DNA of 64,000 nucleotides, from NCBI RefSeq assembly GCF_006345805.1, contig NC_043007.1, positions 45,198,001 through 45,262,000 of the forward strand. Direction: 5' to 3'. The notes under the pieces were generated by a model, which searched no databases, was not told the origin of the DNA, and was given only the letters and a program-made list of their open reading frames with translations. The stretch comes from Octopus sinensis. Its lineage: Eukaryota. The translations under genes were made by a program, and so were the position numbers. This document shows positions 40,681 through 54,704 of this stretch, one piece after another (position 1 is the stretch's first letter; every line of letters starts with the position of its first letter).

Positions 40681-42904
40681 AGTCATGGCATAATACTCTG
40701 CCTAGTGTTTCTTCCAGGAAAAGTTTACATGCCCAAAAGCATGTATTATTTGGGTATGCATTTCGCATCACTGATGAAGTTGCGGTGTTTTGTATCTTTT
40801 CCGTTTGAAGTCCCGTACAAGATCTGTGAGTGATGTGCTTAAATGCAGATGTCTCTAAATGAGACAATGTGGTTTCTCCATCGATTCTTGAAACTATCCC
40901 ACATCTCACTTATATATGCATATGCAGGTACACTCGTACTAATAGTACATCTGCGTACAATGTTTCTACGTAAACAGTCGTTTGCCAGAGAACATGGTTT
41001 CTTATCTGTATAATTGCATTTTAATATCACTGTTTGCAACCAGATTACTACATGTATTAAACAGAGAGAAAATAATAATGATCTAGCAGTGATTTGGACT
41101 TTTCTCAACTGAACACGTGCATTATACTGCATTGTATTATATACGTGCATTATATTGTTGGATCACATGAATGCAATTATGTGTATAGTATATGTAACTT
41201 TCTGCAATTACCTGCTGACACTAATGATCCGAAACAAATGTAGTGATTTATAACAGACACACACACACACACACACACATAGAGAGAAGTGTAATCCCAC
41301 GCAGGAAAAAATATAGTGGAATTTGTTTTGGGGTTTGAAAAGGCACCTGAATCTCAAGACCTACAGTCTTTTATAAATCTTGTAATAAATTTATTCGAAT
41401 ACCAAACCGGTTTCGACAAATTTTTCCCTATCAATGATAAAGATAAATAAATAAAGACCGTAGGCGAGTTTAAAGTTACTAGGTGAAATTCGAAAATACA
41501 TCTTTAAATGATCAATTGTTCAAATGTTCACAGACGTTTCAATGAGTTTCACAGAGATAGACGGCAACATAAGCTTAAATGCTCGATGACGATCATTACA
41601 ATTATACATAATTGAAAGTACAATCATATTGAGTTTTTTTGACAAAAACTGGAGAAAGAGAAAAATTTGGAGAGAAAGAAAGAAGGTTTTTTCACAATTT
41701 CTTTTTTACAGTTGAAAATTTGGTCGTTTAAATGTTTTTTTTCCGAATTTTACCTTGTAAACTTAAACTCTTCTAAACCCGTTATTTCTATAGGCTTAAC
41801 ACCGATAAGCAAAAGATTGACGCAACCTGTTTGGTATTTGAATAAGTCTATTAGAAAACTTTAAAATGACTACGTTTTGAGATTCAGGTGGACTCTCATA
41901 CCCCGAAACAAATTCTCCTATATAGACATATATATACACATACTTGAATATCTGAATTAAATAGACATCATTTCAGAAAGAACTATTTTTAGAAAATCAA
42001 TAATTTCATTTGATACTTCATCTGGTATTTAGTGGTCATGCTTTGTGCAGTTATTAAGGAATTAACCTCATTGATCAACGTACTAATGAGTTGTATCCGC
42101 ATAGATAAAGCGGTACAACGAGGCTTGTCTTTTTACATTTGAGATGTACGTATATATATATTGATATACACGCATATGAAGATGTACGCACTTAACCCTT
42201 ACCATCGTTATACAATGTTCAGATTTACACATACACATGAGCACGAACGCAATCAAGTACAACTGCACACGCAATCTAAATAATATGTCGAAAGCAATTT
42301 ATTATGCTCATTAAAATAAACATTTTCTAGATAATACATACATCAGTGTTTGTAGATTACATGTAAGCAGTAAAAAATCTACGTAAATTTCAGCTTCATT
42401 AGGCACAAGGAAAAATGATAATAATTACACTGCAGACAGACTGTATATACATGAAATTAGCGTTAACTCTACACAAAATTAGGACGAAATGTAATCACTC
42501 AAAAATTGTTAATAAAGCCTTTGCTAATAATAATCTAAGCAATCTATTTGTGAAAATTATACGCAAATAGTTCAACATCTCAAAACCAATAAAATACTAG
42601 GTGGGCGTATACATTCACGCTTATGTGTGTGTGTGTGAGTGTGTGTGTGTGTGAGTGTGTGTGTGTGTGTGTGTGTTGTGTGTGTGTGTGTGTATGTATG
42701 TGCATATGTGTAAAGAAAGTCAAATCGTGCGTTTCACGTCGCAATTATTCAAACGATTTCATCTTGCAAATTGTATGAGAACTTTGGGATCACCATTAAA
42801 AGAAAAGAACAGCTTTTAAATGAATATACGCACTCTGCTTATTGAATAATACTAATGTCGTTGTACACCATAATCAATCGATATTTATACATGTGTTTGC
42901 GCGC

Positions 42905-43190
42905 GTATGTATGGTTAGGGTATTGCATTCACGACCTAGGAACCGTGATTCCAATTCCTAGACCCGGAGGTGCATTGTGATCTTGAGTAAAACACTTTTC
43001 TCACGTTGCTCTGCGATAGCTCGGATACCTGACGCGTGTTACACCGTGCACGTCTTTAGACAACTTCGATTTGATGGAGAGAGTGAGTTAGTGTATGGCG
43101 CCATCATTTGATCACTACAAACAAATCATTTGTGCTTGTTCGGCAGAAGCTGAACGCTCATACGTTGTTTTGGACAGGAGAGTCTAACAC
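42905..43190 (+). mobile_element. tRNA-derived SINE related to family C
   Basis: tggttagggt...attcctagacccgg...gcattgtgatcttgagtaaaacactt head. Confidence 0.55.
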
Positions 43191-44145
43191 ACTTACACAC
43201 ACACACGCACACACACACATACACACACACACACACACACACATACACACACATACGCACGTACACGAACACTCACATATACATAGTCAAACACATACAC
43301 CCACCATCCCTGTCGTCCTAAACGCTGTTATCTCCATAACCTTCGCACATGTACTTTTGTTTTTTCCCTTTCGGCATTTCACATCGTCTTACACGCGTAT
43401 GTGTGCGCGTGCGTGTATATAAAAACGCACACACGCATGCACACGCGCGCACACACACACATACATACACAAACACACACACACACACACAGTCATACAG
43501 AGATAAACAGAGGCTGTGAAAAAGAATGAGAAGCGATAAAATAAAAGGAAAAAAGATGGTGACAGGTACCACATGGACATTCGAAACCAAAATATGTAAG
43601 GCTGGAATATCAATGACAAATATCGTATGATCTTAGAGTATTCAAGGATTGTGAGTGTATCTCAGTAACCTTCAGTAAACTGTTTAGTAACATTTTAAGA
43701 AAGGTCAAGAGTTGATACTGAGAAAAACGAATACAAACTGATTTTGCACCAAGCATTCCCTTCAAACCTACTGCATGTTAGATTTATATTTATATGTGAG
43801 ATATATAATCTAGAATCGATTAGATTAACAGGAACAAATATTTGAATTGATAGCATACTGGTCGCATTGTGATGTGGCTCATACAACAGGCGAACATGTC
43901 GTTAGCTTTACTTCATATCCGTTATAGCATACACAACGTTACATATTTACAAGGACTGTCGGAGAGACAGGCAACGGGGGGAGAAAAAGCTTACTTAAGG
44001 GTCACAGGATCAGCGTTGTTAATTTATTTACACTGTCTACTACAGTATTGAATAAATTTTCTCGCTATACATATGTGTGTGTGTGTTTGCGTATGTATTT
44101 ATATGTGTATGTGTGTATATGTATATATATAATATATTATATATA

Positions 44146-44192
<47 letters not shown>

Positions 44193-45014
44193 TATATATG
44201 TATATATGTGTAGATATATATATGTGTGTGTGTGTGAATGAGTGTGTGTTTGTGTGTCTATGCGGTTAAACATACACATAGATGTCAAATTTTGCAAGGA
44301 AAAGGTTGACTATCAACCTTTTCTTTGTAAATGTTAATATAATATACTCTACTAAAAGTATTGAATAATTCTTCAGTTTAATGTTAAATTGTTTTTATAT
44401 ATAACTTGACATAAAAAACGAATATTAGTATATGTGTGTGGTGTGTATGTGAGTGTGTGTGCATGTGTGTATTGTGAGTGCGTGTGTATTATGTATATAT
44501 GAATAAATTTGTTTTATAAATAACATAGATAAATAATATGCGTACACCCGTATATACACTCGAACATACATACACATAGATACTGAGATATTAACTGGAA
44601 AGGAACCAATCAAATTTCTCTGAAGTCCGCCTTCTTCATTTTGTCCAATTGCAACCTTCATTTCAAAGCAATTCTTCCTGCAGGCAATACTCACAAACCA
44701 GGCCTTGTCTACTGACATGACCGAGTCAGAGAGTAGCTTTCGTTTTGATTTCATGCAAGAATGTGTCGGAATGCCTAATCAATGAAAGACACGAAATTAG
44801 TTAACAGCTCAGGAATTTAACATTCCTGTAAAAATGACGTTACGCATAGTGAGATGGCAGTGTTTTCACTGAGGAAACAACATTCCTTACATATGTTTTG
44901 ATTTTACTATTACTATTATTAGGATATGGTACGATTTTGTGGTGAAAAAGGAAATCATTATTGACAAGAAATAGTATTAGTGTTATCATTGTTTCATTTT
45001 GCCTTAATTTCGTA

Positions 45015-46290
45015 GATGTTGACTTAACCTTTCATCCTTTCGGGTTGGATAAAATAAGTGCCAGTTGATCACTTTCGTTTTATCGCCTTCCCCAAATTTC
45101 CGGTCTTGTGCCAGGAAGGATTATTTAAGTTCGCCTTTAGTCGTGAGCTGGCACAATTGTTAGCACACTGGGTAAAATGCTTAGCGGTGGGATTTCGCCT
45201 GTCTACATTCAAATTCTGTCGAAATCAACTTTGCCTTTCATCCTAAAGTAAGTACCAGTTGAGTGCTGAATTTACTGTGCCAGGACATCCGCTTACCTCC
45301 TCCTCCGAAGTTGCTGGCCTTGCGCCAAGATTTGAAGCCAATACTTACTGTTGCCTTCAGGCTTTGAGCTAGCAGAATCGTTAGTACGCCGGGCAAGATG
45401 CTTCAAATGCTTCAAAATATGTTCAAGTTCCGCCGAGGTCAACTTAGCCTTTCATCCTTTCGGGGTTGATCAAATAAATACCAGTTGAGTAGTGGAGTAA
45501 GTGACTTGCGCCTCACCCGAAATTGCTGTTCTTGTTCCAAAATTTGAAAAGGTTATTTAATTTCATCTCACGTGGCGAACTAGTAGAAGCGTTTCCGCGA
45601 CGGTTAAAATGTTTATCAGCATTTCTCACGGCTCTTTATGCTGAGTTTAAGTACCGTCAAGACCGACATTGCCTTCCATCCTTGCACGACAAATAAAATA
45701 TGTACAGATTGAGCTTTGGGGGAAATATAATTAATTAAACCGTCCCTTAAAATTGCTGATTTTTGCCAAGTGTAGGAAGAATTAATTTTAACTTAGGCGG
45801 GAACAGGCAGAATCGTTAGCAGCCGGACAAAATGCATCGCTGTATTTTCCCCGGCTTTAAAGTGTGAGTTGAAGTGTCACGAAGGTCGACATTGCCTTCC
45901 ATAATTTCGGGGGCCAATAAAATAGCGTCAGGCAAGCGTTGGGGTCGATGTAATTAACTATAGTAGAAAGAGTTTGTTTTATCGCTAAAAATGTTGGATG
46001 ACAGAAAGATTTTCAGTTTTTGTTCCAGGTCATTACATTCCGATTCCAAATCATGCCAAGGTCAACACGGCCTTCTATCCTTTCCGGGTTTGTAAAATAT
46101 AGTGCCAGCCAAGCAGTGAACTCAATGTTAATTGATTTGTCCTCCAGCCTCAAAAGTCCTTGCCTTGTATTGAAACTGGAAAACACTATCAGTTTTACAT
46201 AAACGGGGTGAATAGGCAGACTTGTATTCGCTTCAAGATCTTTACGTTGTGAGATCAAATTTGCCTTTCATTCTTTCGGAGACTAAATTA
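45015..46290 (+). repeat. Head-to-tail cluster of about 6-7 diverged family A SINEs
   Basis: The gcctt(t/c)catcc core recurs near 45030, 45235, 45450, 45672, 45895, 46070 and 46265, about 200-220 bp apart. Confidence 0.85.
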
Positions 46291-46315
46291 CTTTTCAAGT
46301 AGTAGATTCACCATA

Positions 46316-46510
<195 letters not shown>

Positions 46511-46702
46511 ACAAGAAGAGACAAAGACAGAAAGAAAAGTTTTAATGTATTCTTCTTTGTTCTGTTACCTCTAAACTATATGCGAACCAAAGAACATTTA
46601 GAGTAAAAAGTTTACCGTAGAAATACTTTCTGTACAAGATTCTTCGAACTGGTGAAGGTTTTGAGAAATAGACGTTTTACATACATAATACATGCATACA
46701 CA

Positions 46703-46761
<59 letters not shown>

Positions 46762-47374
46762 GTGTGTGTGTGTGTGTGAGTTATACCTTTATCAGAAGAA
46801 ATGTGATATTGTCAACGTAGTTACTGTCAACCATCTATTGCAAATGCATAATAGATACACATTACACAAAATCTATTTAGTAATTCTTATTACAGTTCGG
46901 TATAAAAAAGTATATATTAATACATACATACATACATACATACATACATACAAATATATGCTGATGTATTTGTCTGTGAGCACAGTTGGAAATGTGGTGG
47001 CATCATAATATAATGTTTTCTGATATTAATATGTATGATTATGCTACTAAATCTAAATTTAATTATAGTGTGTACTAATATATCAATTTCTGAATTTTGT
47101 TTTTGTCTTGTATATTGATGAGTCTATAAACTCTATAGGCATATAATATTTTTTAATATCTTCACGAATTCCATTTGCGATTTAATTTGATTTCTATACA
47201 TATGAAGCTATCTTCCATTTCGACTTCGACGTACCTTCCACTTTACATACCTACCAGTCCTATCTAGTTAATCTAACTATCTATTTGTCTGTCTGACTGT
47301 GTGCCTGTACATCTGTCTGCATGCCTGTCTGTCTTCATACATGCATGTCTGTCTGTCTATTTACCTATGTGTCA

Positions 47375-47439
<65 letters not shown>

Positions 47440-48794
47440 CGTACGTATCTCACAACATAAGTATGCATGCATTATCTATCTATTTCTCTCTCTCCTCACT
47501 CTCTCTCTCTCTCACTCACTCACTCACTCACTATCTACCTATCATTTCCATCTTTCAATTCTTTTCTCTTTTCTGCATTCTTTCTTGATCCATTTCACTC
47601 ACATTCGTTTTCTTCGTTTCGTACGATTTTCTTCAAAACTTACATTTTCCTTCTAATCTGTTCCGCTTCACATCCTTCCCTCTCTGCCTCCTTCTATTCC
47701 TTCAACAAAATCATTTGCATTACAATTTCTATCTATCTTTAGTATTCTCTCATTATTTCATTGCTAGTTCTTCTCTGCTAGTCTCCTCCGTTCTTCTTTT
47801 ACTGTTATATATTTTTTTAAATTTTAATTTTATTTACAACGAGTTAATCCGCAGTTTCCAAATACATCTGTTCGTACACATGGAATCATTCACAAACTGA
47901 CACTTGAAGAATCAGGCTACCTTATTATGGTACAAACGTTTTCGTTCACACTATCGAGTACTCACTCAACTAGATAACGCTGTAAAAAGACATCGATGTA
48001 CCATGTTACAAAAGGTAAAAAGAAACTTTGCATGCATAATCATGTAGACAACGGCATCTTTTCCCGAAGTCATGAAGAAACTTGCGCAAAAATAACTGCG
48101 ACTTTTTAAAAACTGGGAGATTTGGCTGGAAAATGATGCAATTGTACTTTTATGAAGTACATCGGAGCATCGTGGAGGTTTAGGTGTTTTCGCTCAATAA
48201 ACACTCACAATGCCCCGTCTGGGAATCGAAACCGCGTTCCTACGAAAGCGAGTCCGCCGCCTTAACCACTAGACCATTACGCCTCCACACACATACACAC
48301 GCACACACACATATGTATATATACATACATACAGATATACATACATATATACATATATACATAAATATATGTATACATAAATACATAGACATGTACACAT
48401 ACACACACACTCACATATATATATATACACACATACACACATACACACACAGACATATACAAACACCCATATATATATATTATATATATATATATATATT
48501 TAGTTATATATGTTAGTATGTCAGAAGTGAGAAAGAAAGAGAGGAGTCATACAGGTCGTACAAATTTTCGATTATGCATTGTCACCACTAATCGGTTGGT
48601 TCTACAAATATATCACAATTTTGTTCATTTTGCCATGATTGACAAGACACTGTCATAAAATTAGAAAAAGTAATAAAACGTCACAACTCCTTTGGAGTCA
48701 ATTCATAGCTGTGATTACACACATACATACATACATACATACATACATACATACATACACCCCCCACACATAGGGAGAGAAAGAGATCGAGGGA

Positions 48795-48841
<47 letters not shown>

Positions 48842-49450
48842 GTTTCTCTCCGTAAAATATCCCAGACGTGAAGATCGAAGCAGGAAATACTAAGAAAAAA
48901 AATCGTGGAGAAAAACGGGAAAAATTCAAAAGAAATACAAATATAGAAAACACGAGAACAAACTTAGACATATGAGAGAACGAAACATCAACAACAGGAG
49001 CAGGAAGGACAAAAATATCAGCAATAAGAGAAGGCGAATATAAAGGAAACACAGGAAGAACAAAAGGAAGGAGAGAAAACAATAAAAGATGACATATATA
49101 AGTGAAGCACATGCATATATGAATATACATACGTGTGTTTGTGTGCAATTATTTGTGATGCGTTCACTTGACTAATACAATTCCTCCTGTAAAGTTGATT
49201 TGCTTTTCCTTTCCTTTTCTTTCCTATATACTCGACGTCCCAATACTAATACGTTCACCCTAATTCGTGGAAAGATTGATGTATCGATCTTTCTTCAGTC
49301 TACATTTGTTTTATTTCCATTGCATTGCATATTGTTTTTTTAATATTTTGTGTCCCTCCAAATATATACACATGCATACATACATACATACATATATATA
49401 TATATAATATATCTATATATATATATAGATATATATGTATATATATTTAC

Positions 49451-49486
<36 letters not shown>

Positions 49487-49501
49487 GTATATATATTTAC
49501 G

Positions 49502-49546
<45 letters not shown>

Positions 49547-49620
49547 TATATATATATATATATACAATATATATAATATATATACTATAATATATATATA
49601 TATAATAATATATATATATT

Positions 49621-49656
<36 letters not shown>

Positions 49657-49850
49657 CATTATATATATATATCTATATATATATGTACACAAACAAATAT
49701 ACATACATCAATATATGTACATATCAATGTCAGGTTATGTACATATACATATGCGTACGTATATATATATATGTGTATATATATTTATATATATGTATGT
49801 ATATATATAATATATTTATATATATTTATGTATATATATATGTATAATAT

Positions 49851-49895
<45 letters not shown>

Positions 49896-50527
49896 GTGTT
49901 TGAATGCAGATATATTCATAGCAAATGATAAGGAGAAAGCAATATCGGCAATGCAAGAAGAAAGGAAGATTAAAACAGAACGGGAACCTAACTTCCTTTC
50001 CTCGATACACACGTAATGCGAAAGCAAAATGTTATTACCGAGAACATCGTTAACAACAACAACAACAACAACAACCACAAGAACAATCGAGAGAAGAAAA
50101 AAAGTCAGACAAAAGACGAAAGTATGAATACTTCAAACATAAATAAATCCACATCTTATTCCAGCCTATATACACAGCAATAAAACTGCAGTTAACAATG
50201 TAAGAGTGATTGTAATATTATTTTTATGTATTTTCGGTTCGTTTGGACTTCAATTATATTATTTTGTTGATCTCGGAAGATATATTTTGTTCTTCATTAA
50301 AAAAACAAAACAGAAATCAAGCGAAATCTTATTGCTTTGTTCCTTTTTTTTTGGGGGGGGGGGGTGAAGGAAGGAAGGACGGGTGTTCTTGACGCAGTTA
50401 TCTATGTATTTCTTTACAAATTGTTTTATTATATCGATCTTTTAAGTATTTCCTTCGGCATCGACCCGACAGTTTAAGAAACAATTCCGACGACTGGAAG
50501 ATTTCGTCGTTACTATTGATAACTTGC

Positions 50528-50612
<85 letters not shown>

Positions 50613-52484
50613 GTGTGCGTGCAAATGTACTTGTTTATGCTTGTACATATAATTTCGTTAATCTAACATTTATAATTGTTATTTTTAGTATTTGTTTGAA
50701 TATTTTATGTCGTGGTAGTAAATTTATGATTTATACTGCTCAGAAGTGGAGCTGTAACAAATAAACATGAATATTTCTAGGATGTCTTAGGCACTTAAAG
50801 GGACGTTGATAGTACACCATGATTCATTGGTTAATGTTGTTTAACATCAGCTCAGGTTTGAAATTGCAGACCTAGGTTTAAAGCTACTCCAATCATGATA
50901 GCCACAGCTTTTGTCGTTTTCGTATGTCAACTTTTTACAAAGCAGAGTTATGTAATTTGAAAGATATTTGTTCGCAATTTTTGGAGGGTAGAGCAACTCT
51001 CTCGGTGAGTTGCAATTCCTTCACTAGAACGAGGATATGAAATTATTCTCAAACCGGACACTTTATCCGAATGCCTGTGCCAAACTTTACCCACAACCGT
51101 TACGCGAGAGCAAGTCCAACCAGATAACATGTACCATGATTTTGCTAATTGTTGTAGATGCAAATAGAGTCACAGGCAGACATAGACATACTGTCAGCCT
51201 CTCCATTCCTTCCACACTTGATCCTGTGGAACATCAGCATATGATAACAGGGCGGTGTGGGGGGAAGATTTGCACCAGTCTCAAAAGCTGGTATTCATTT
51301 TTATGTGAATAGACTACAGCAACGTTAAATGAAGTACCTTGTTCAAGGACATAGCACCTTGCTCGGTCCAGACATGAAATCCAAGATCGTATGAATGTCA
51401 ACCTAATTCTCTAACCTGCATGGCACACTTCTTCACATCTACTTGCCTATATTTCGTTAAGTCTATCTAAATTAGTCTCATCAGATTCCCGACTGTGTCC
51501 GTGTAACAATTTTACTTCCCAAGTGATTTTACTTCCTGTAATTAAGACAACAAGATTCTGGTCTGAAGAAGCGTGAAGTTAGACTGAACCTGGATGTAGA
51601 TGGTTACAAAACCAAGTTATTATCTTATTGCCATGTTTGCATTTTAAATTTAGTTCATCAGCTGCTATATATTTGTTTGTTATGAAAATAAATATTGTTA
51701 AATTATTCGACGAAACAGCGTAAATCTCTATATCAAAGATAAATGTTTCTTTATTACGAAATATTATTCATGGCATTTTTAAAACGACAAAAGAAAAACA
51801 TTATGTTTCATTTATAGCTACTTTCCCCATTAAGAGAGAAAACTCAATTAGTCTAATAATGCATATATATACATACATTATACATACACACGCACGCACA
51901 CATCTCTCTCTTTATCTATCTATCTATCTATCTACCTATCTATACATACCTATGTGTGTGTGTGTGGGGGGGGGTATGTATACATATGTATGTATATGAA
52001 TACATGTATGCATAGGTATATACATATACGTACGTATATATGTCTATATACATATATCTTTGTATATATGCACAGACGTGCAGGAAGTAAATAGACACTT
52101 TTAATTTTCAAAATTTCAGATCCAAGCGTGTCAATATGCTTTCAGCGGTATAGAATTTACAATGCAATTCTTTTTCATTCCAAGTGCCATTATACTAAAC
52201 ATTTGCGAAGAGTAACCATGCCACGCACAAAAAATGCATATGTGATTTTATGTATTTAATATATGTGGATGATTTAGTTGAAGTTTAAATCGATCGCTAC
52301 TAAAGTGACTAGTTCTTTTTAGTCAACACAGTTCCAAGAATTGATGTGAATGACCGTCGAGTCATCTAAATCAGTGAACGTGTGAATAATAAATGACTTC
52401 ATATGAAGTATGTACCTGACTCTATGGCAGATTCGTGTAGAATCTTATGTATATGTATCAATGGCAGATATGCTTATATGGTTT

Positions 52485-52565
<81 letters not shown>

Positions 52566-52920
52566 TAATATATAAATTACTAATATATATATATATAATA
52601 TTATATATATATATATATATACTATATATATTCATTTTAAGAAACTCCAAGAGCAAATATCTTCATATATTCATTGTCGATATAACCAATCAGATTTACA
52701 GGGTGTGAATAAATGCATGCATGTATATACATATAAACATAAATATATACATACACACACACGTATATATATATATATATATACATATATATTCATATAT
52801 TCATATATGAGCACGTGTGGGATATAAGTTCCTATGTATATATATCGTATATATACATTCATACCCCCACACCTACATCGCCACCCCGCCACCACATGCG
52901 CACACACACATATATAAATA

Positions 52921-53085
52921 CACTGTGTGGTAAGTAGCTTGCTTACCAACCACATGTTTCCGATTCAGTCCCACTGCATGGCACCTTGGTTGAGTGTCTT
53001 CTACTATAGTCACGGGCCAACCAAAGCCTTGTGAATGGAGTAGGTAGTCGGAAACTGAAAGAAGACCGTCGTATGTATGTATGTA

Positions 53086-53131
<46 letters not shown>

Positions 53132-53618
53132 TGTATATGTGTATATATATATGTATATATAAAAATAATAATAATAAATATTAGGGAATAAATCCAAATT
53201 TACAGGGAAAAATCAGATTTAGGATTAAATCCAATTCTATAGTAAATATTATATAATATAATTCGAGACAAAACCACTACTTTGCAAAACAAACAAGGAA
53301 AGACTTAATCAATACATAAAAATTTTTTAATATAAAGAAATAAACCGCCACTACAATCGTTTCATGTCTTCAATGACATTCGTCAGGTGGACTTTCGATC
53401 TAAAATATCAATATATTAAAATATAAGTTTAAAATAATAAAATTATCAATGAAAAATATAAATATATATAATCTATATATAATCTAATATAATCTATATA
53501 TAATCAATATATAATCTAAAATAAACCCTATAAACAATTGAATATAAAGAACCTATTATTAAAGTTCTCATATTTAAAGATGTACAAAAAACAAAAAACA
53601 AAAAACAAAAAACAAAAA

Positions 53619-53652
<34 letters not shown>

Positions 53653-53850
53653 CATATATATATATATCATAATATGTTGTTTGTGTGTCTGCGTTTGTCC
53701 TCCCAACATCACTTTACAACTGATGCTGGTGTGTTTACGTCCCCATCATCGAGCGGTTCGGCAGAAAAGACCGATAGAATAAGTACTAGGCTTACAAAGA
53801 ATAAGTCCCAGGGTCGATTTGCTCGACTAAAGGACTAAATAAATAAAAGA
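52921..53850 (+). mobile_element. SINE family B split by an insertion into its internal (TA)n
   Basis: Head 52921-53075 (ctgtgtggtaagtagcttgc...gaaagaagaccgtcgtat) and tail 53680-53850 (cccaacatc...gctggtgtgtttacgtcccc...ggtcgatttgctcgactaaagg). Confidence 0.8.
53348..53390 (-). ncRNA. Minimal type I hammerhead ribozyme with intact core
   Basis: Minus strand CCAC-CTGACGA-ATGTC-ATTGAA-GACAT-GAAAC-GATT-GTA-GTGG; stems I and II pair perfectly, GUA cleavage triplet. Confidence 0.88.
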
Positions 53851-54673
53851 AAGAACATATATATATATGTAAAACACTCCTATCACAACCTGGGACCTTC
53901 AAGACTGCTATAATGCAAGAAAGTATACTAGTTCCTTAATATCTTATATTCAATATTCCATCTATTCAATAAGACAATCAATACTTCATTTCATTTTACA
54001 CTATATATATTATTTATACTATATATTCTATATTTTACATTAATATTATAAAGAACTTAAATAAGACATGAAAAACAGACAGAGTTGGAATTTCTTTGAA
54101 TAATATATATATACATACACACAAACATAAATTCATGAATAGATACATGTATACGTATGCATGTTTGTACGCATACAAGTATCATACATATGGAATTCAC
54201 TATGTATATCGGTTTCATTTCTCCTCGCCTGAATACAATACACACAACGTTTGAATACACCATATTTGAAGGGATTCTTAAGTATAGAATGAACTTCGCA
54301 TGTATAATATATTTATTCCATCAAAATTTCCATGTCTTAACAAGTAAATTTGTTTATTCATATAATGCGCAAGTCGTTCCTAAAAGTGCTTCTATTCCAT
54401 TACAGCATATAGATTCTGTGTAAAAACGCATGTTAAGTCATATGTGTTAAACTAAATTTGTGCCTTCTCTCCCAGTATAGTTCTCAATGTTTGAAATTGA
54501 CATATCTAAATATAGAATATATTGAAATTACCCGTTCTAAATATGTTAATAATGAAATGGTTTTAGAAAGGTCAACAGGAGAAAATCGATCGGGATATAG
54601 CATATTACTTCCCCTTTGGCTTTCCTGTTCTGATGCATCGCACTCCTTGTCTCTCCCACTCACTTTCTCTTTC

Positions 54674-54704
<31 letters not shown>

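Noticed and set aside
48681-50500. Possible promoter or 5' UTR (GA repeats, purine-skewed unique sequence)
   Set aside because: Suggestive composition only; no linked exon or ORF could be identified.
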